Below are positions 9,251-19,796 of a stretch of DNA of 64,000 bases, piece after piece (positions within the stretch are counted from its first letter, which is position 1; every line of letters starts with the position of its first letter). The translations under genes were made by a program, and so were the position numbers. This stretch comes from a bacterium (lineage in GTDB: Bacteria > Electryoneota > Electryoneia > Electryoneales > Electryoneaceae), in NCBI GenBank assembly GCA_963669175.1, contig OY769902.1:1984001-2048000 (forward strand), read 5' to 3'. The notes below the pieces were generated by a model that was not told the origin of the DNA, made no database searches, and saw only the letters and a list, made by a program, of their open reading frames with translations.

Positions 9251-9823
9251 GTGAAACGACGGATTGAGGTTTTTTCCAGCTTATTGATCCTTGCGATTGC
9301 GATCGTTGCCGGAGTCGGGTTCTTCCAGTACTGGCGTAAAGGTCAGGAGCTAGATCGGATACGGGAACACGACCGGCGGATGGTGATCGGCTCGGACGAG
9401 TCACTGGCCAACGCGGTGCAGGTGCTGGAACAGACGCTTAAAGAGCGTTTGGAGTACCAGTTTGAGCTAGGCGATCTGGATCCTCTGGATCTTACCCGAG
9501 TGGTAAAGAACCAGGAATTGTTGGATCGTTTAGGCTTGGGCGAACTGGAACCTGACAAGACAGAGATGCGTTTGGCTGCAACTGTCATCGGTCAGGACGG
9601 CATTGCTGCAATCGTGATTCGATTCATGGGGTCGAACCACGTCTTGCGAGTCGGTGACAAGTTGTCCGGTTGGACAGTAAGCGAGATTGGAGAGCGAAGC
9701 GCTGTATTGACACGTGGAGGTGCAAGACGTGTTCTCCATAATGCGCCGGCCAATGAGTATGATAGTAAAGGCCTGAACCTTTCCGTGCCGCGCCCTGCGG
9801 TGGCGTCCGGAAACAACGAGTAA
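9251..9823 (+). CDS. PilP/GspC-like protein
   Basis: N-terminal TM; DP...MRLAATV...LRVGDKLSGWTVSEIGERSAVL beta domain; lies between pilO and the secretin. Confidence 0.7.
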   Translation: MKRRIEVFSSLLILAIAIVAGVGFFQYWRKGQELDRIREHDRRMVIGSDESLANAVQVLEQTLKERLEYQFELGDLDPLDLTRVVKNQELLDRLGLGELEPDKTEMRLAATVIGQDGIAAIVIRFMGSNHVLRVGDKLSGWTVSEIGERSAVLTRGGARRVLHNAPANEYDSKGLNLSVPRPAVASGNNE

Positions 9824-9878
9824 GCGACCAGATTTGAAAGTAACGGAACATTTCACCATTAGATCCAGGGAGAGGTCC

Positions 9879-11360
9879 ATGCTGCGAACCGGCATCCCCG
9901 TGCTATTGTTGACTGCGCTGTTTCTGCTGGGAAGCGCGGCCATAGCGGAACAAGCAACCCAGACGGACATGGTCACTTCAGAACATGATCCGAACCTACA
10001 GAAGACAGTTACGATTGACGCGGACGACGCTAGCCTGCCAACAGTCCTGGCCATTCTGGCACAGGAAAGTGGTTATAACATTGTAACCGGGCCTGGCGTC
10101 AACAAAGAGGAAAAGGTTTCTGTACATCTTTCGAACACCCCCATTGAAGAAGCGATGAACCTGGTGGTTCGCGCCGCGGGGCTTTCGTACGAAATCGTTG
10201 GGAATTCTTTTCTCGTTGCCACATCTTCCAAACTGAAGGAAGAAGTCGGCAAAAAGTCACATGTGATTCAGCTTGCTTATGGTAATGCGGCAGAAGTTGC
10301 CGAATTACTGAAGGTCTTTGAAGCTGATGTAACCATCGACCCGACGACAAACAGTCTGCTTATCATCGCCAGTCCGAAGACGATCAGTGAAATTCGCTCT
10401 GTGGTTGAACAGGCTGACCTGCCGCCGATCCAGGTAATGATCGAAGCCCGGATTATCGAAGTCGCCGTAGAGGAAGAAGAAAAGCTTGGTATCGAATGGA
10501 ACAAGCTGACTCCTTTCGAAATGGTGATGTATGAAGGCCGTGAAGTGCCGACGACAGCATCCGGTGGTATCGAGCAGATGCGGACCAAGATGCCGGTAGT
10601 CGCAATCGATGACCTGAACGACTTCGGTTACTTCGGTCGCCAAGAGGCAGTATTTGATCTGGCGATTGATTACCTGTTGAAGAACAACTTGGCGGAAGTG
10701 CTTGCAAACAGCAAGGTTGCTACCTTGAACAGCAAGCCGGCGGTTGTTGAAGTCGTTGACGAAATTCCATTTATCCTGTCTGCCGGTGGTGTTGGTGGCC
10801 AGGTAACCACGCGTGAAAAATCTGTCGGCATCAAGCTGTCGATTAAACCGCTGGTTAACTCGGATGGCATGATCACCGTTGAGGTGCTTCCTGAAGTATC
10901 CAACGTATTCCAGCTGATCGGCCCGGATCAGAACATTCCGTGGGTTGTCAGGCGGAGTGCGCAGACCACCATCCGTGTAAAAGATGGCGAAACTATCGTT
11001 ATTGCGGGTCTGATTTCCATGAACCGCAAGAACACCATATACAAGGTTCCGTTCCTTGGTGATATTCCCTTTATCGGCGGCATGTTCCGTCACAAGAATA
11101 TCAGCAACAAGAAAACGGACCTGATCATCCAGGTCACCCCACACGTCGTACGTGGCTCCAATACCGGAATCTCGAAGAGCAAGATGGTCGAGCGTATTGA
11201 AGAGGATGTCGACAAAGATCTGTATGAACAGTTCATCGAAGAAGATGAAGAGAAGGAAAACGACAAGAAGGCAGCTCGTCAGCAGGCCATCGAAGAGGAT
11301 GAGTTTGAAGACGATGCCGACATGGACGCCCTTCGCGAATCTTTGACACCGATCGAGTAA
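9879..11360 (+). CDS. pilQ: Outer-membrane secretin (PilQ/GspD family)
   Basis: Signal peptide, N0/N3 domains, QVMIEARIIEV, VKDGETIVIAGL, KVPFLGDIPFIGGMFR; acidic C-terminal tail. Confidence 0.93.
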   Translation: MLRTGIPVLLLTALFLLGSAAIAEQATQTDMVTSEHDPNLQKTVTIDADDASLPTVLAILAQESGYNIVTGPGVNKEEKVSVHLSNTPIEEAMNLVVRAAGLSYEIVGNSFLVATSSKLKEEVGKKSHVIQLAYGNAAEVAELLKVFEADVTIDPTTNSLLIIASPKTISEIRSVVEQADLPPIQVMIEARIIEVAVEEEEKLGIEWNKLTPFEMVMYEGREVPTTASGGIEQMRTKMPVVAIDDLNDFGYFGRQEAVFDLAIDYLLKNNLAEVLANSKVATLNSKPAVVEVVDEIPFILSAGGVGGQVTTREKSVGIKLSIKPLVNSDGMITVEVLPEVSNVFQLIGPDQNIPWVVRRSAQTTIRVKDGETIVIAGLISMNRKNTIYKVPFLGDIPFIGGMFRHKNISNKKTDLIIQVTPHVVRGSNTGISKSKMVERIEEDVDKDLYEQFIEEDEEKENDKKAARQQAIEEDEFEDDADMDALRESLTPIE

Positions 11361-11366
11361 GGTACT

Positions 11367-13088
11367 TTGACAATCATGACCCGTCTCGGGCTTGTACTTG
11401 GAATACTGCTGGCGCTTGGCGCTGCGACTATCACTGCCGGTCAGGGAGATGCCTCACTATTGACAACGGGGGGTGCGGCATCAAAGTTGACCATTGCAGA
11501 CCGGTTTAAGCGTCAATCCATGCAGGCTTTTCCTGAAGAACAGGCGCTCGAGCAATCTGTTGATCCGGAGACTTATGTTTTAGGTTCCGGTGATCTCCTG
11601 GGAGTGTCCTTCCGGGGCGGGTTAGACGAGTTTTTTGAAGTTCGGGTTTCGCCCGACGGCAATTTGCTGATCCCCTTGATGCCGATGTTGCGCGTGGGTG
11701 GAATGACCCTGCGCGACGCGGCCGATTTGGCGCAGGATCGGTGGTCGGGCGATAACCGTTCACTTGTAGTTGATTTGACGCTCCTTGAAATTCGAACGTT
11801 TCGTGCCATGGTTTCCGGTGCGGTAGTTGATCCCGGGACGTTTGTTGTTACCCCGGCAGATCGCGCATCCATGCTGCCCTATCTCGCTAAAGGGCTGCTG
11901 AATGATGTGTACTGGCGTGATTACTACCAACTGGAAATGAACCGACAAGAATTTTCCGGTTCGTTTGAAGATCTTATGGATCGTGAAAACGCACCTTATT
12001 CCAGCGAACGATATGCCTGGCTGGAAAGGGCGGATGGCAGCAGGGTACATGTTGATCTGTTACGGATCATGCGTACCGGTAGCCGAGAATGCGATCCCTA
12101 CCTGAAAGATGGCGACAGGCTTGTTGTGCAATACCGAAACGAGCTTGCCCCGACTGTCCAGGTAGCCGGCGCCGTTGGGTATCCTGACACCTATGAGTGG
12201 GTGGAAGGTGATCAACTGTCGGATATGATTGCACTTGCAGGTGGCTTTCTGGCACAGTCCCAGAAAAACGCAGTCCGAGTCACAAGGTTTGACGAAGAGG
12301 GCGTAGCTACTGTGCATGAAGTGGATCTTTCACAAACTTCTCACGGTTTTGAAATCTTGCCGGGAGATCTTGTGCAGGTCAGGACGATTGACAACCGGAC
12401 AAATCGCTTATCGGTTAGCATTGTTGGAGAAGTAGTGTTTCCTGGCGCCTACGAAATTACTTTCGGCCAGACCAGTGTTCAGGAGTTAATCGAACTGTCT
12501 GGTGGGTACACAGAACACGCTTTTCCAGAAGCAGTGGAAGTCCTTCGGAAGAAAAACATCAACGGCGCTCTGGACGTTGAAAACCAGCGTATTGTCAATC
12601 TTGGTGCACAGGGTTGGACAATAGTAGAGCGTGCTTTGGTCCAGTTTCTCGACCGTTGGCCAGACGGCTATGAACGTGTAACAGTCGGCGTTCCACCCGA
12701 GGGAAAAAATGAAGTTGATCAGATGACCGGCTTTGCCCTGCAGGATGGTGATGTTGTGCATGTTCCAAGTTACCAGCATTCTGTATTGTTGCTGGGGCAA
12801 CTGGAGCGACCGGGCTGGTATCCGTTTGTAGAAGGCTGGAATTACCACGATTACGTGAAGGCGGCAGGTGGATTTGCCGATGACGCCTGGAAGAATGGCA
12901 GGCGACTGGTGAATTTTAACGGTTCTGTCTGGGTTAGGCCTGATGGCGGCACCGTTATTCGCCCCGGTGATACGATTTTTATACCGGACAAGCCTTTTCG
13001 TTATGTCTGGAATTCGTTCAAGGATATCCTTCTTGTGCTGACCCAGGCGGCGACTGTGGTCGTTGTGATTCTGAATGTGACTCAATAG
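11367..13088 (+). CDS. Wza/OPX-family polysaccharide export protein with multiple SLBB domains
   Basis: YVLGSGD..VSPDG Poly_export motif, repeated VxGxVxxPGxY and LAGG SLBB motifs, C-terminal amphipathic/hydrophobic helix. Confidence 0.88.
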   Translation: MTIMTRLGLVLGILLALGAATITAGQGDASLLTTGGAASKLTIADRFKRQSMQAFPEEQALEQSVDPETYVLGSGDLLGVSFRGGLDEFFEVRVSPDGNLLIPLMPMLRVGGMTLRDAADLAQDRWSGDNRSLVVDLTLLEIRTFRAMVSGAVVDPGTFVVTPADRASMLPYLAKGLLNDVYWRDYYQLEMNRQEFSGSFEDLMDRENAPYSSERYAWLERADGSRVHVDLLRIMRTGSRECDPYLKDGDRLVVQYRNELAPTVQVAGAVGYPDTYEWVEGDQLSDMIALAGGFLAQSQKNAVRVTRFDEEGVATVHEVDLSQTSHGFEILPGDLVQVRTIDNRTNRLSVSIVGEVVFPGAYEITFGQTSVQELIELSGGYTEHAFPEAVEVLRKKNINGALDVENQRIVNLGAQGWTIVERALVQFLDRWPDGYERVTVGVPPEGKNEVDQMTGFALQDGDVVHVPSYQHSVLLLGQLERPGWYPFVEGWNYHDYVKAAGGFADDAWKNGRRLVNFNGSVWVRPDGGTVIRPGDTIFIPDKPFRYVWNSFKDILLVLTQAATVVVVILNVTQ

Positions 13089-13279
13089 CGAGTCTTGCAC
13101 GAAACGTTTTTAGAAGAGCATCCCCCGATCAATCCATCCGGTTGAACGGGACAACATAGCAAACAAATGAAAACCGCAGGTTGGGAATGGCCACCCGACA
13201 AAGCGGTCAAGGGTTTTGAAGCATCCCCGTTGCAGTCGATTGGTAAGAGAGATCTTACCGCAACAGGAGGAACCAGGTC

Positions 13280-16200
13280 ATGCAGAGACGGTTCTATTGG
13301 TTAGGTGTCGTCCTCTTGATGGCGTTGCTTGCTTTTGCTTCGTGCGAAAGCAATCCAAGCGGCGGCGAAGAGAGCTCTGGCGGCACAACAAACGACCGTT
13401 CAGTCTATGACATCGAGCTGAGTTTCACCAATGTCCGAGGTGAGACGATTGAGAACCTGACGAACTATCTTGGCCGCAAGGACACAGTAGTTGTATCAGG
13501 AACAGCGAAAGATGATCAGGGCAACGGTGTCAACAATGTGAACCTCGACTTCACCATTGTTGAAGGCCCCGGTGTATTGAAGGCCATCAGTGAGAGTGAT
13601 ACGGTAACCAATTCGCAGGGCGACCTTTCCATTTATTACATCGTTACCCTGACGAATCAGCAGCCGACAGATGTCACAATCATGGCGTATGTCGAAGATG
13701 CGGGCAGAGACGTATCCGACAACTTCACCATCTCGACCAAGGACATCGAACTGACTATCGATGCGTATCCGGATTCACAGCGCGTTCCGGAAGGCGACTC
13801 TGCATCTGCGGAATTGCTGGTTCGCGTACGTGACGCGCAGGGTGTCGGCGTCAGCGGGATTCCAGTACGTGTCGAGCGTTTGTCCGGTAATCAGCAGTCG
13901 ATTCTGACTCCGATCTACCAGACAGACTCAACGGGCGCTGCTACTTCAACTCTTACCCTTGATCCGATCCAGCAGAACGAAGCGTTCAACATTCGCGCCT
14001 ATGTGAATGTGGTGGTGACCAAGGATCTTCCCAGCAAGCGTTTCGAGGGCTTGAGTACTCGCGCGTCGCGCTGGGCTGAACTGGACAAGGCTGGCGGTTC
14101 TGTAAGCCTTAGCGGTGTTGGCGGCGGCGGCAAGAACACGTTTGCAAGTGTCCTCGCAGACACAGCATCTGTGAAGATGTTCCCGATTACCGTGAACATC
14201 GACTCCGTCTATCTCTGGGCGGCTCCGGAAGAACTGCTGGTCAATCAGAACGAGAATGACAGCATTATGGTTTATGCTGCTGTCTTCGATGAAGATGGTA
14301 ACGGCATTGAAAACCTTACTGTCAACTTCTCGATTCGTGATTCGGCTGGCACCGGCGAACCGACCGGTAACATCGTAGCCCGTACCCCGACGAATACCAA
14401 CGGTATTGCATCTGCTACCATCTATACCTTCCAGCAGACAGGTACATGGTATGTTGATGCCTCCGTCGGTGGCGAGATTTACACAGTGAAGATCGTGGTC
14501 AAGGGTCGTGGCGGTATTACTGGCGACCTGCGTCTCAGCAGTGATACTGATTATATCTATGCTGATGATGGCGTGAGCCGTGCCACTATCATGGCTGTTC
14601 TGACCGACCTTGAAGGCGTAGGTATTCAGAATGGTGAAGTCCGGTTCTCCTGTAATTCGGAGTTTGCCCGGATCAGCCCATCACGCATTGATACCGACTC
14701 TTCCGGTACTGCGACGGTATTCCTGATCGACCGTGGTCTGGCGACAGAATCGCTGTGGATCTATGCGACCTACGATTCTCTGAATCTTGAAGATTCACTC
14801 GAGTTCGAGATTCGCGAAGCGCCGGCTATCGGTTCCATTACACTTCAGATTCGTGAAACTGATGTGTTCCAGGTTTCAACGATTGATAGTATTGAGTTCC
14901 GTGCACAGGTTTTGAACACGAATGGTACTCCCTTCATCGAAGGCACCACAGTCTGGTTCGAAACCGATAACGCCACCCGCGCAACCTGGTACACCAACTC
15001 TGACAGTTTGGATATCAATGGTTACGCAACTGCATTCCTGAAGCCGGGTATCAAATCCGGAGCTGAACGCCTTCGTGCAAACATTCTGACCAGCGACAAT
15101 GTGCGCGAATATTCCGAATGGGTTGAAGTTACGATTGAGCCTTTGGGCCCGTCGCGCTTTACCCAGAAGGACATCAGCAACCCTGATGGTCAGGAAATCA
15201 GGACACTGCAGCCAGAACCGGCAGTTGTTTACGCGGTTGTTGTCGATACGTTTGACAACCCGGTAGATAATGGCTGGGGCATCATTCTTGAGACCTACAA
15301 TTCTGCTGGCGAACAGGTTGGTACAGTCAGCCCGCAGGTAAATACCGAAACCATCCTTGACACCAACGGTGTGGAAACCAAGGGTGTTATCCAGGGTGAG
15401 TTCTCGCCTGGCACATCCGCCGGCCGCGCATGGCTGAAGTTCTCCTTCGGTCTGTCAGTCCAGGATTCCATGAGCTTCGAAATCCGTTCGACTTCGCCTC
15501 AAGCCTTGGCGCTTGAAGCCAACACCACGGAATTGGCTGCTGCTGAAACGGGTGGCAACAATACGGCGAATGTTACGGCGACCGTATACGATGCGAACGG
15601 CAACATCGTGGAAGATGGAACCATCGTGTTCTTCCTGATGGACAACTTCCCCGGCATCAATGAACCAGCCGTTGAGCGTCCATTGATCAACCGTTCCAAC
15701 GGTTATGAAGCGGGCAACCTTTACGGTCTCCCGTTCGACTCGGCCATGACTTCCAGTGGTCAGGCTCGTATTTCGGTGAGTTCCGGTCAGGGGCTTGGTG
15801 TTCTTCGTCTGCGCGCATGGACCTATGTCGATTACATAGCCCGTGACGACTCGGTGCGGTCCACCTTCAACGATATCCGTGTCGTTGCCGGTCCGCCAGC
15901 CGCGATCAGCCTGGACATCAACTCTGAAGGTATTGATGGTGGTGGTTCCATGTGGAATGTCGAAGTTTCCGCCATGATCACTGACATCCTGAACAACCCG
16001 GTGAAGAACGGCATTGCTGTTCAGTTCATCACATCGGCTTCAAACCCGGATAGCACAACACCGGCTGGTATTGGTGATGATGGTATCTTCACGGGGAACG
16101 AAGACGAGGATGGGCTTTCAACACCTGGTGTTGCCAATACCATCATGAGTTACCATAGCGCCCAGACCAACCGGTTGGTTGACATTACGGTACAGGTCAT

Positions 16201-16675
16201 GCCTGAATCCGGCCAGATTCTGGAAGCGACCTTCACAGACATCGTTCTGCCGATCCAGATGGCGGCAGGTGGTCTTGATGCAGACCCGGCCAACTACTAC
16301 TTCGAAGAAGTAGACCCGGATCTCTATTCACGGCATGAAATGTACGCCTACGTGTACGACGGTCACTATCACTGGATTAACAACCAGGAAGTGCTGTATT
16401 CGACCACACGTGGCTACTATTCAGCTACATCAACACCAAACGCCATGACTCGGGAAAACCGTGCGATTACCGGTCCAGTCGATAATCGTCCGCCATTTAC
16501 GGACAGTGATGATAATGGGTACGCCATGCGTTACCTGATCATCCCGTTCCCGGAAGCATTCCCGGATCCACGTATTCTTGAAACGACTGCAACGGCTGAA
16601 GTAACTATTGTTGGTTATCCTGAGACTTCTGTTGAGCCGGTCACCATTACGCTGACGCACGCACCGGAGGAATAG
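13280..16675 (+). CDS. Large lipoprotein with ~9 invasin/intimin-type (Big_1) Ig repeats
   Basis: Lipobox LAFAS|C; repeated AxVxDxxGNxVxxxxVxF...TDxxGxA units (e.g. ATVYDANGNIVEDGTIVFF); strong SD AGGAGG. Confidence 0.85.
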   Translation: MQRRFYWLGVVLLMALLAFASCESNPSGGEESSGGTTNDRSVYDIELSFTNVRGETIENLTNYLGRKDTVVVSGTAKDDQGNGVNNVNLDFTIVEGPGVLKAISESDTVTNSQGDLSIYYIVTLTNQQPTDVTIMAYVEDAGRDVSDNFTISTKDIELTIDAYPDSQRVPEGDSASAELLVRVRDAQGVGVSGIPVRVERLSGNQQSILTPIYQTDSTGAATSTLTLDPIQQNEAFNIRAYVNVVVTKDLPSKRFEGLSTRASRWAELDKAGGSVSLSGVGGGGKNTFASVLADTASVKMFPITVNIDSVYLWAAPEELLVNQNENDSIMVYAAVFDEDGNGIENLTVNFSIRDSAGTGEPTGNIVARTPTNTNGIASATIYTFQQTGTWYVDASVGGEIYTVKIVVKGRGGITGDLRLSSDTDYIYADDGVSRATIMAVLTDLEGVGIQNGEVRFSCNSEFARISPSRIDTDSSGTATVFLIDRGLATESLWIYATYDSLNLEDSLEFEIREAPAIGSITLQIRETDVFQVSTIDSIEFRAQVLNTNGTPFIEGTTVWFETDNATRATWYTNSDSLDINGYATAFLKPGIKSGAERLRANILTSDNVREYSEWVEVTIEPLGPSRFTQKDISNPDGQEIRTLQPEPAVVYAVVVDTFDNPVDNGWGIILETYNSAGEQVGTVSPQVNTETILDTNGVETKGVIQGEFSPGTSAGRAWLKFSFGLSVQDSMSFEIRSTSPQALALEANTTELAAAETGGNNTANVTATVYDANGNIVEDGTIVFFLMDNFPGINEPAVERPLINRSNGYEAGNLYGLPFDSAMTSSGQARISVSSGQGLGVLRLRAWTYVDYIARDDSVRSTFNDIRVVAGPPAAISLDINSEGIDGGGSMWNVEVSAMITDILNNPVKNGIAVQFITSASNPDSTTPAGIGDDGIFTGNEDEDGLSTPGVANTIMSYHSAQTNRLVDITVQVMPESGQILEATFTDIVLPIQMAAGGLDADPANYYFEEVDPDLYSRHEMYAYVYDGHYHWINNQEVLYSTTRGYYSATSTPNAMTRENRAITGPVDNRPPFTDSDDNGYAMRYLIIPFPEAFPDPRILETTATAEVTIVGYPETSVEPVTITLTHAPEE

Positions 16676-16695
16676 ATTTCTAACGGTGACATTTT

Positions 16696-16724
16696 TCCCT
16701 CCCGGTGGTTTCCACCGGGAGGGA
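16696..16724 (+). other. Stem-loop after Ig-repeat lipoprotein gene
   Basis: TCCCTCCCGGTGG-ttt-CCACCGGGAGGGA, weak U tract. Confidence 0.65.
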
Positions 16725-16763
16725 CGGTTTTATCTCAGTTAGATTGAAGAAAGGTTTTCTGGC

Positions 16764-18497
16764 ATGACGGATTTGGGTGCTTTCCCAAAATTGGGCGAGA
16801 TACTCATCGAAGAAGGAATTATCGATGAGAAGCAACTGGAAGAGGGGCTGCACGAAGCCGGTGAAAAGGGTATCATGATTGGTGAGGCCCTGGTCGCTTT
16901 GGGGCACGCCATCCAGGAAAAAGTCTATTACGGTTTAGCGCTTCAATTGGATTACCGGTTCTTCACCAACGAAGAGCTGCTGGAATCCAAGGAAGATGTT
17001 GTCCGTTTTATTCCGGAAGAGTTTGCTAAAGAGCATAATCTCTTGGCTGTACGTCGGGAAGATGGCGTCATCACTGTCGCGATGGCAGACCCGGAAGACA
17101 TCGTAGCGCAGGACAACTTGCAGAATTTGGCGGATCAGATGGAAACCCCGCCAATGTTGCAGCTTGCCATGGCTTCACCTGAAGGTATTCAGGGCGCCAT
17201 CAATAGACTGTACGTAAGAATCCGGAAGCAGAAGGAAACCAAAGAAGTTATTGGCGACTTGCAATTCTTCGCTGAAGCCGATGAAGGTGAAGAAGGCATG
17301 GTCGATATGACCAAGGTTGCCGAAAAGGAAGACGCGCCGATCATCAAATTGGTAAACATGATTATCGGTGAAGGTTTGAAAGAACGCGCAACAGATATTC
17401 ATATTGAACCTGCTGAAGATAAGGTTCGTGTGCGGTATCGTGTTGACGGTGTCTTGATTGAGGTGATGAATCCGCCGAAGAATGCACACAGCGGTATCGT
17501 TACCCGTATCAAGATTATCTCCAAGTTGAACATCGCTGAAAAGCGGTTGCCGCAAGACGGTCGTTTTACCATTAAGACGACTGAAAAGGAAGTGGACGTT
17601 CGTGTCAGTCTTCTGCCTACGGTAAACGGTGAAAAAGTCGTAATGCGTTTGCTGGACAAGGGCGCTTTCGGATTCTCCCTGTCCACGCTGGGGTTCGAAG
17701 AGCATCAGCACAAGATTTTCAAGCGCAACATCATCAAGCCGTATGGGATGATTATTATTTCCGGTCCTACCGGTTCCGGGAAATCGACCACGTTGTACGC
17801 ATCGCTTCGCGAAGTCATGAGCACCCGCGACAACATCACCACAGTTGAAGACCCGGTTGAGTATTACCTCGATGGCATCAACCAGGTGCAAGTGAAACCG
17901 CGTATCGGGTTGACATTTGCGTCGACTCTACGATCCATTCTTCGTCAGGACCCTGACCGCTTGCTGATTGGTGAAATTCGAGATGAAGAAACGGCAGATA
18001 TCGCAGTCAAGTTCTCGCTGACCGGTCACCTTGTGTTCAGTACCGTTCACGCGAACGACGCGCCTTCAACTGTTACTCGTTTGATTGACATTGGTATTCC
18101 GCCGTTCCTGGTTGGTTCATCACTTCTGTTGGTTATGGCGCAGCGTCTTGTACGTACCGTGTGCCCGAACTGCAAAGAGAAGTATGAGCCGAAGGATCTG
18201 GAATTTGAATACCTGGATCTTGATCCGAAAGATCCGGAGTTTGAAGGAATTGAGTGGTATCGTGGCAGAGGATGTATCAACTGCCGTGACACTGGCTATT
18301 ATGGCCGATCCGGTATCTTTGAAATTCTACAGGTAACCTCAGAGATCCGTAGACTTATCTACGACAACGCCAGTCAGGACGAAATCCGCGAAGTAGCGGA
18401 ATTGCAGGGTATGGAAACCCTGCGCGCCCACGGGATAAGCAAAGCGAAGCGCGGGATAACGACCTTGGAAGAAATTCTGCGCGTGACCACCGAGTAA
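16764..18497 (+). CDS. pilB: Type IV pilus/T2SS assembly ATPase
   Basis: KLGEIL MshEN-like N-terminus, EKRLPQDGR, GPTGSGKSTT, LRQDPD, CPNC/CINC zinc motif. Confidence 0.95.
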   Translation: MTDLGAFPKLGEILIEEGIIDEKQLEEGLHEAGEKGIMIGEALVALGHAIQEKVYYGLALQLDYRFFTNEELLESKEDVVRFIPEEFAKEHNLLAVRREDGVITVAMADPEDIVAQDNLQNLADQMETPPMLQLAMASPEGIQGAINRLYVRIRKQKETKEVIGDLQFFAEADEGEEGMVDMTKVAEKEDAPIIKLVNMIIGEGLKERATDIHIEPAEDKVRVRYRVDGVLIEVMNPPKNAHSGIVTRIKIISKLNIAEKRLPQDGRFTIKTTEKEVDVRVSLLPTVNGEKVVMRLLDKGAFGFSLSTLGFEEHQHKIFKRNIIKPYGMIIISGPTGSGKSTTLYASLREVMSTRDNITTVEDPVEYYLDGINQVQVKPRIGLTFASTLRSILRQDPDRLLIGEIRDEETADIAVKFSLTGHLVFSTVHANDAPSTVTRLIDIGIPPFLVGSSLLLVMAQRLVRTVCPNCKEKYEPKDLEFEYLDLDPKDPEFEGIEWYRGRGCINCRDTGYYGRSGIFEILQVTSEIRRLIYDNASQDEIREVAELQGMETLRAHGISKAKRGITTLEEILRVTTE

Positions 18498-18512
18498 ACG
18501 GGAACAGCTCGT

Positions 18513-19766
18513 ATGCCAGTCTTTACGTACATCGTAACAGAACCGGATGGCAGCAGGCGAGAAGATCGTTTGCGTGCCGCCAACTACGAAGCAGCTTGGG
18601 AACAATTAACCAAGCGAGGCGCAAAGATTGTGTCGCTGCGGGAGCTCAAGGTTCGTGAGCAGGCGCAGTCAGCTTCGATTGTAGACCAGGTATCGACAGC
18701 GATTTATCGCTTGAAAACCCGTGTGCCGCTGGGCAACAAAGTGTTCTTTACACGCCAGTTGTCCACCATGTTCTCCGCAGGTTTGACGATTGAAAAGTCC
18801 ATCGTGAACCTGATGCAGGAGGAAAAGCACGCTGGATTTAAAAAGACCCTTGCACAAGTTGCAAATGATCTGAAAAAAGGCAAGTCGCTTTCTGATGCGT
18901 TGGGTGAACATCCCGGTGTGTTTGAACCGCTATATATTGCACTTGTGAATGCAGGTGAAATTTCCGGTTCTTTGCACGTCGTTTTGCAGCAACTCAGTGA
19001 TTATCTTGAATCGGTTGCTGACACAAGGCGGAAAATTGTATCAGCCTTGTCGTATCCGACATTTGTCGTCATCTTCATGGTTGCAATTCTTACCCTGCTG
19101 ATCGTGTGGGTTGTGCCGAAGTTTACGAACATTTATTCGTCCTTCGGCGCTGAATTGCCCTGGCAGACAAAGCTGTTGGTGAACGTGAGTGAAACAGTCA
19201 GTACACACTTCGTAGAGTTTGCCGGTTTGAGCTTGATTGTGCTCTTCTTCCTGTGGATTCTTACGTTGACGGAAAAGGGTGGTATTGCCTGGGACACTTT
19301 CCGGATGAATTTCCCTGTGCTTGGTCAGTTGCACAGAGATTCCATGATGACCCGTTTTGCCAAAACATTTGGCATTCTGATGGGCGCTGGTGTGCCGGTG
19401 TTGGAAGCGCTGAACCACAGCAAGGGCGTTGTTGGAAATCGTGTCGTTGCCCGAGCGATTGAAAACTCGAAATCAATGATTCGAGATGGTTTTGCCATTT
19501 CGGTAGCATTGAAAAAGACGAAAGCTTTTCCATCCACCCTTATCCAGCTTATTGCAACCGGTGAAGATACTGGTGAAATGGATCAGTTGCTGGAGCGTGC
19601 TGCATACTTCTACGAGAAACAGGTTGAAGCTGTTGTGGAACGTCTTACCAGTTTGATTCAGCCTCTGATGATTATTATGCTGGGTGGTATGGTTGTTGTC
19701 ATTGTTGTATCGATTTACATGCCTATCTTTAAGATTGGTCAGGCGTTGCGTGCAGGGCTTGGTTGA
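18513..19766 (+). CDS. pilC: Platform protein PilC/GspF
   Basis: FTRQLSTMFSAG, AGEISGSL, ALSYP, GEDTGEMD, IYMPIF. Confidence 0.95.
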   Translation: MPVFTYIVTEPDGSRREDRLRAANYEAAWEQLTKRGAKIVSLRELKVREQAQSASIVDQVSTAIYRLKTRVPLGNKVFFTRQLSTMFSAGLTIEKSIVNLMQEEKHAGFKKTLAQVANDLKKGKSLSDALGEHPGVFEPLYIALVNAGEISGSLHVVLQQLSDYLESVADTRRKIVSALSYPTFVVIFMVAILTLLIVWVVPKFTNIYSSFGAELPWQTKLLVNVSETVSTHFVEFAGLSLIVLFFLWILTLTEKGGIAWDTFRMNFPVLGQLHRDSMMTRFAKTFGILMGAGVPVLEALNHSKGVVGNRVVARAIENSKSMIRDGFAISVALKKTKAFPSTLIQLIATGEDTGEMDQLLERAAYFYEKQVEAVVERLTSLIQPLMIIMLGGMVVVIVVSIYMPIFKIGQALRAGLG

Positions 19767-19796
19767 TCAGGGATATGGTGTTCGCCAGATTACTAC

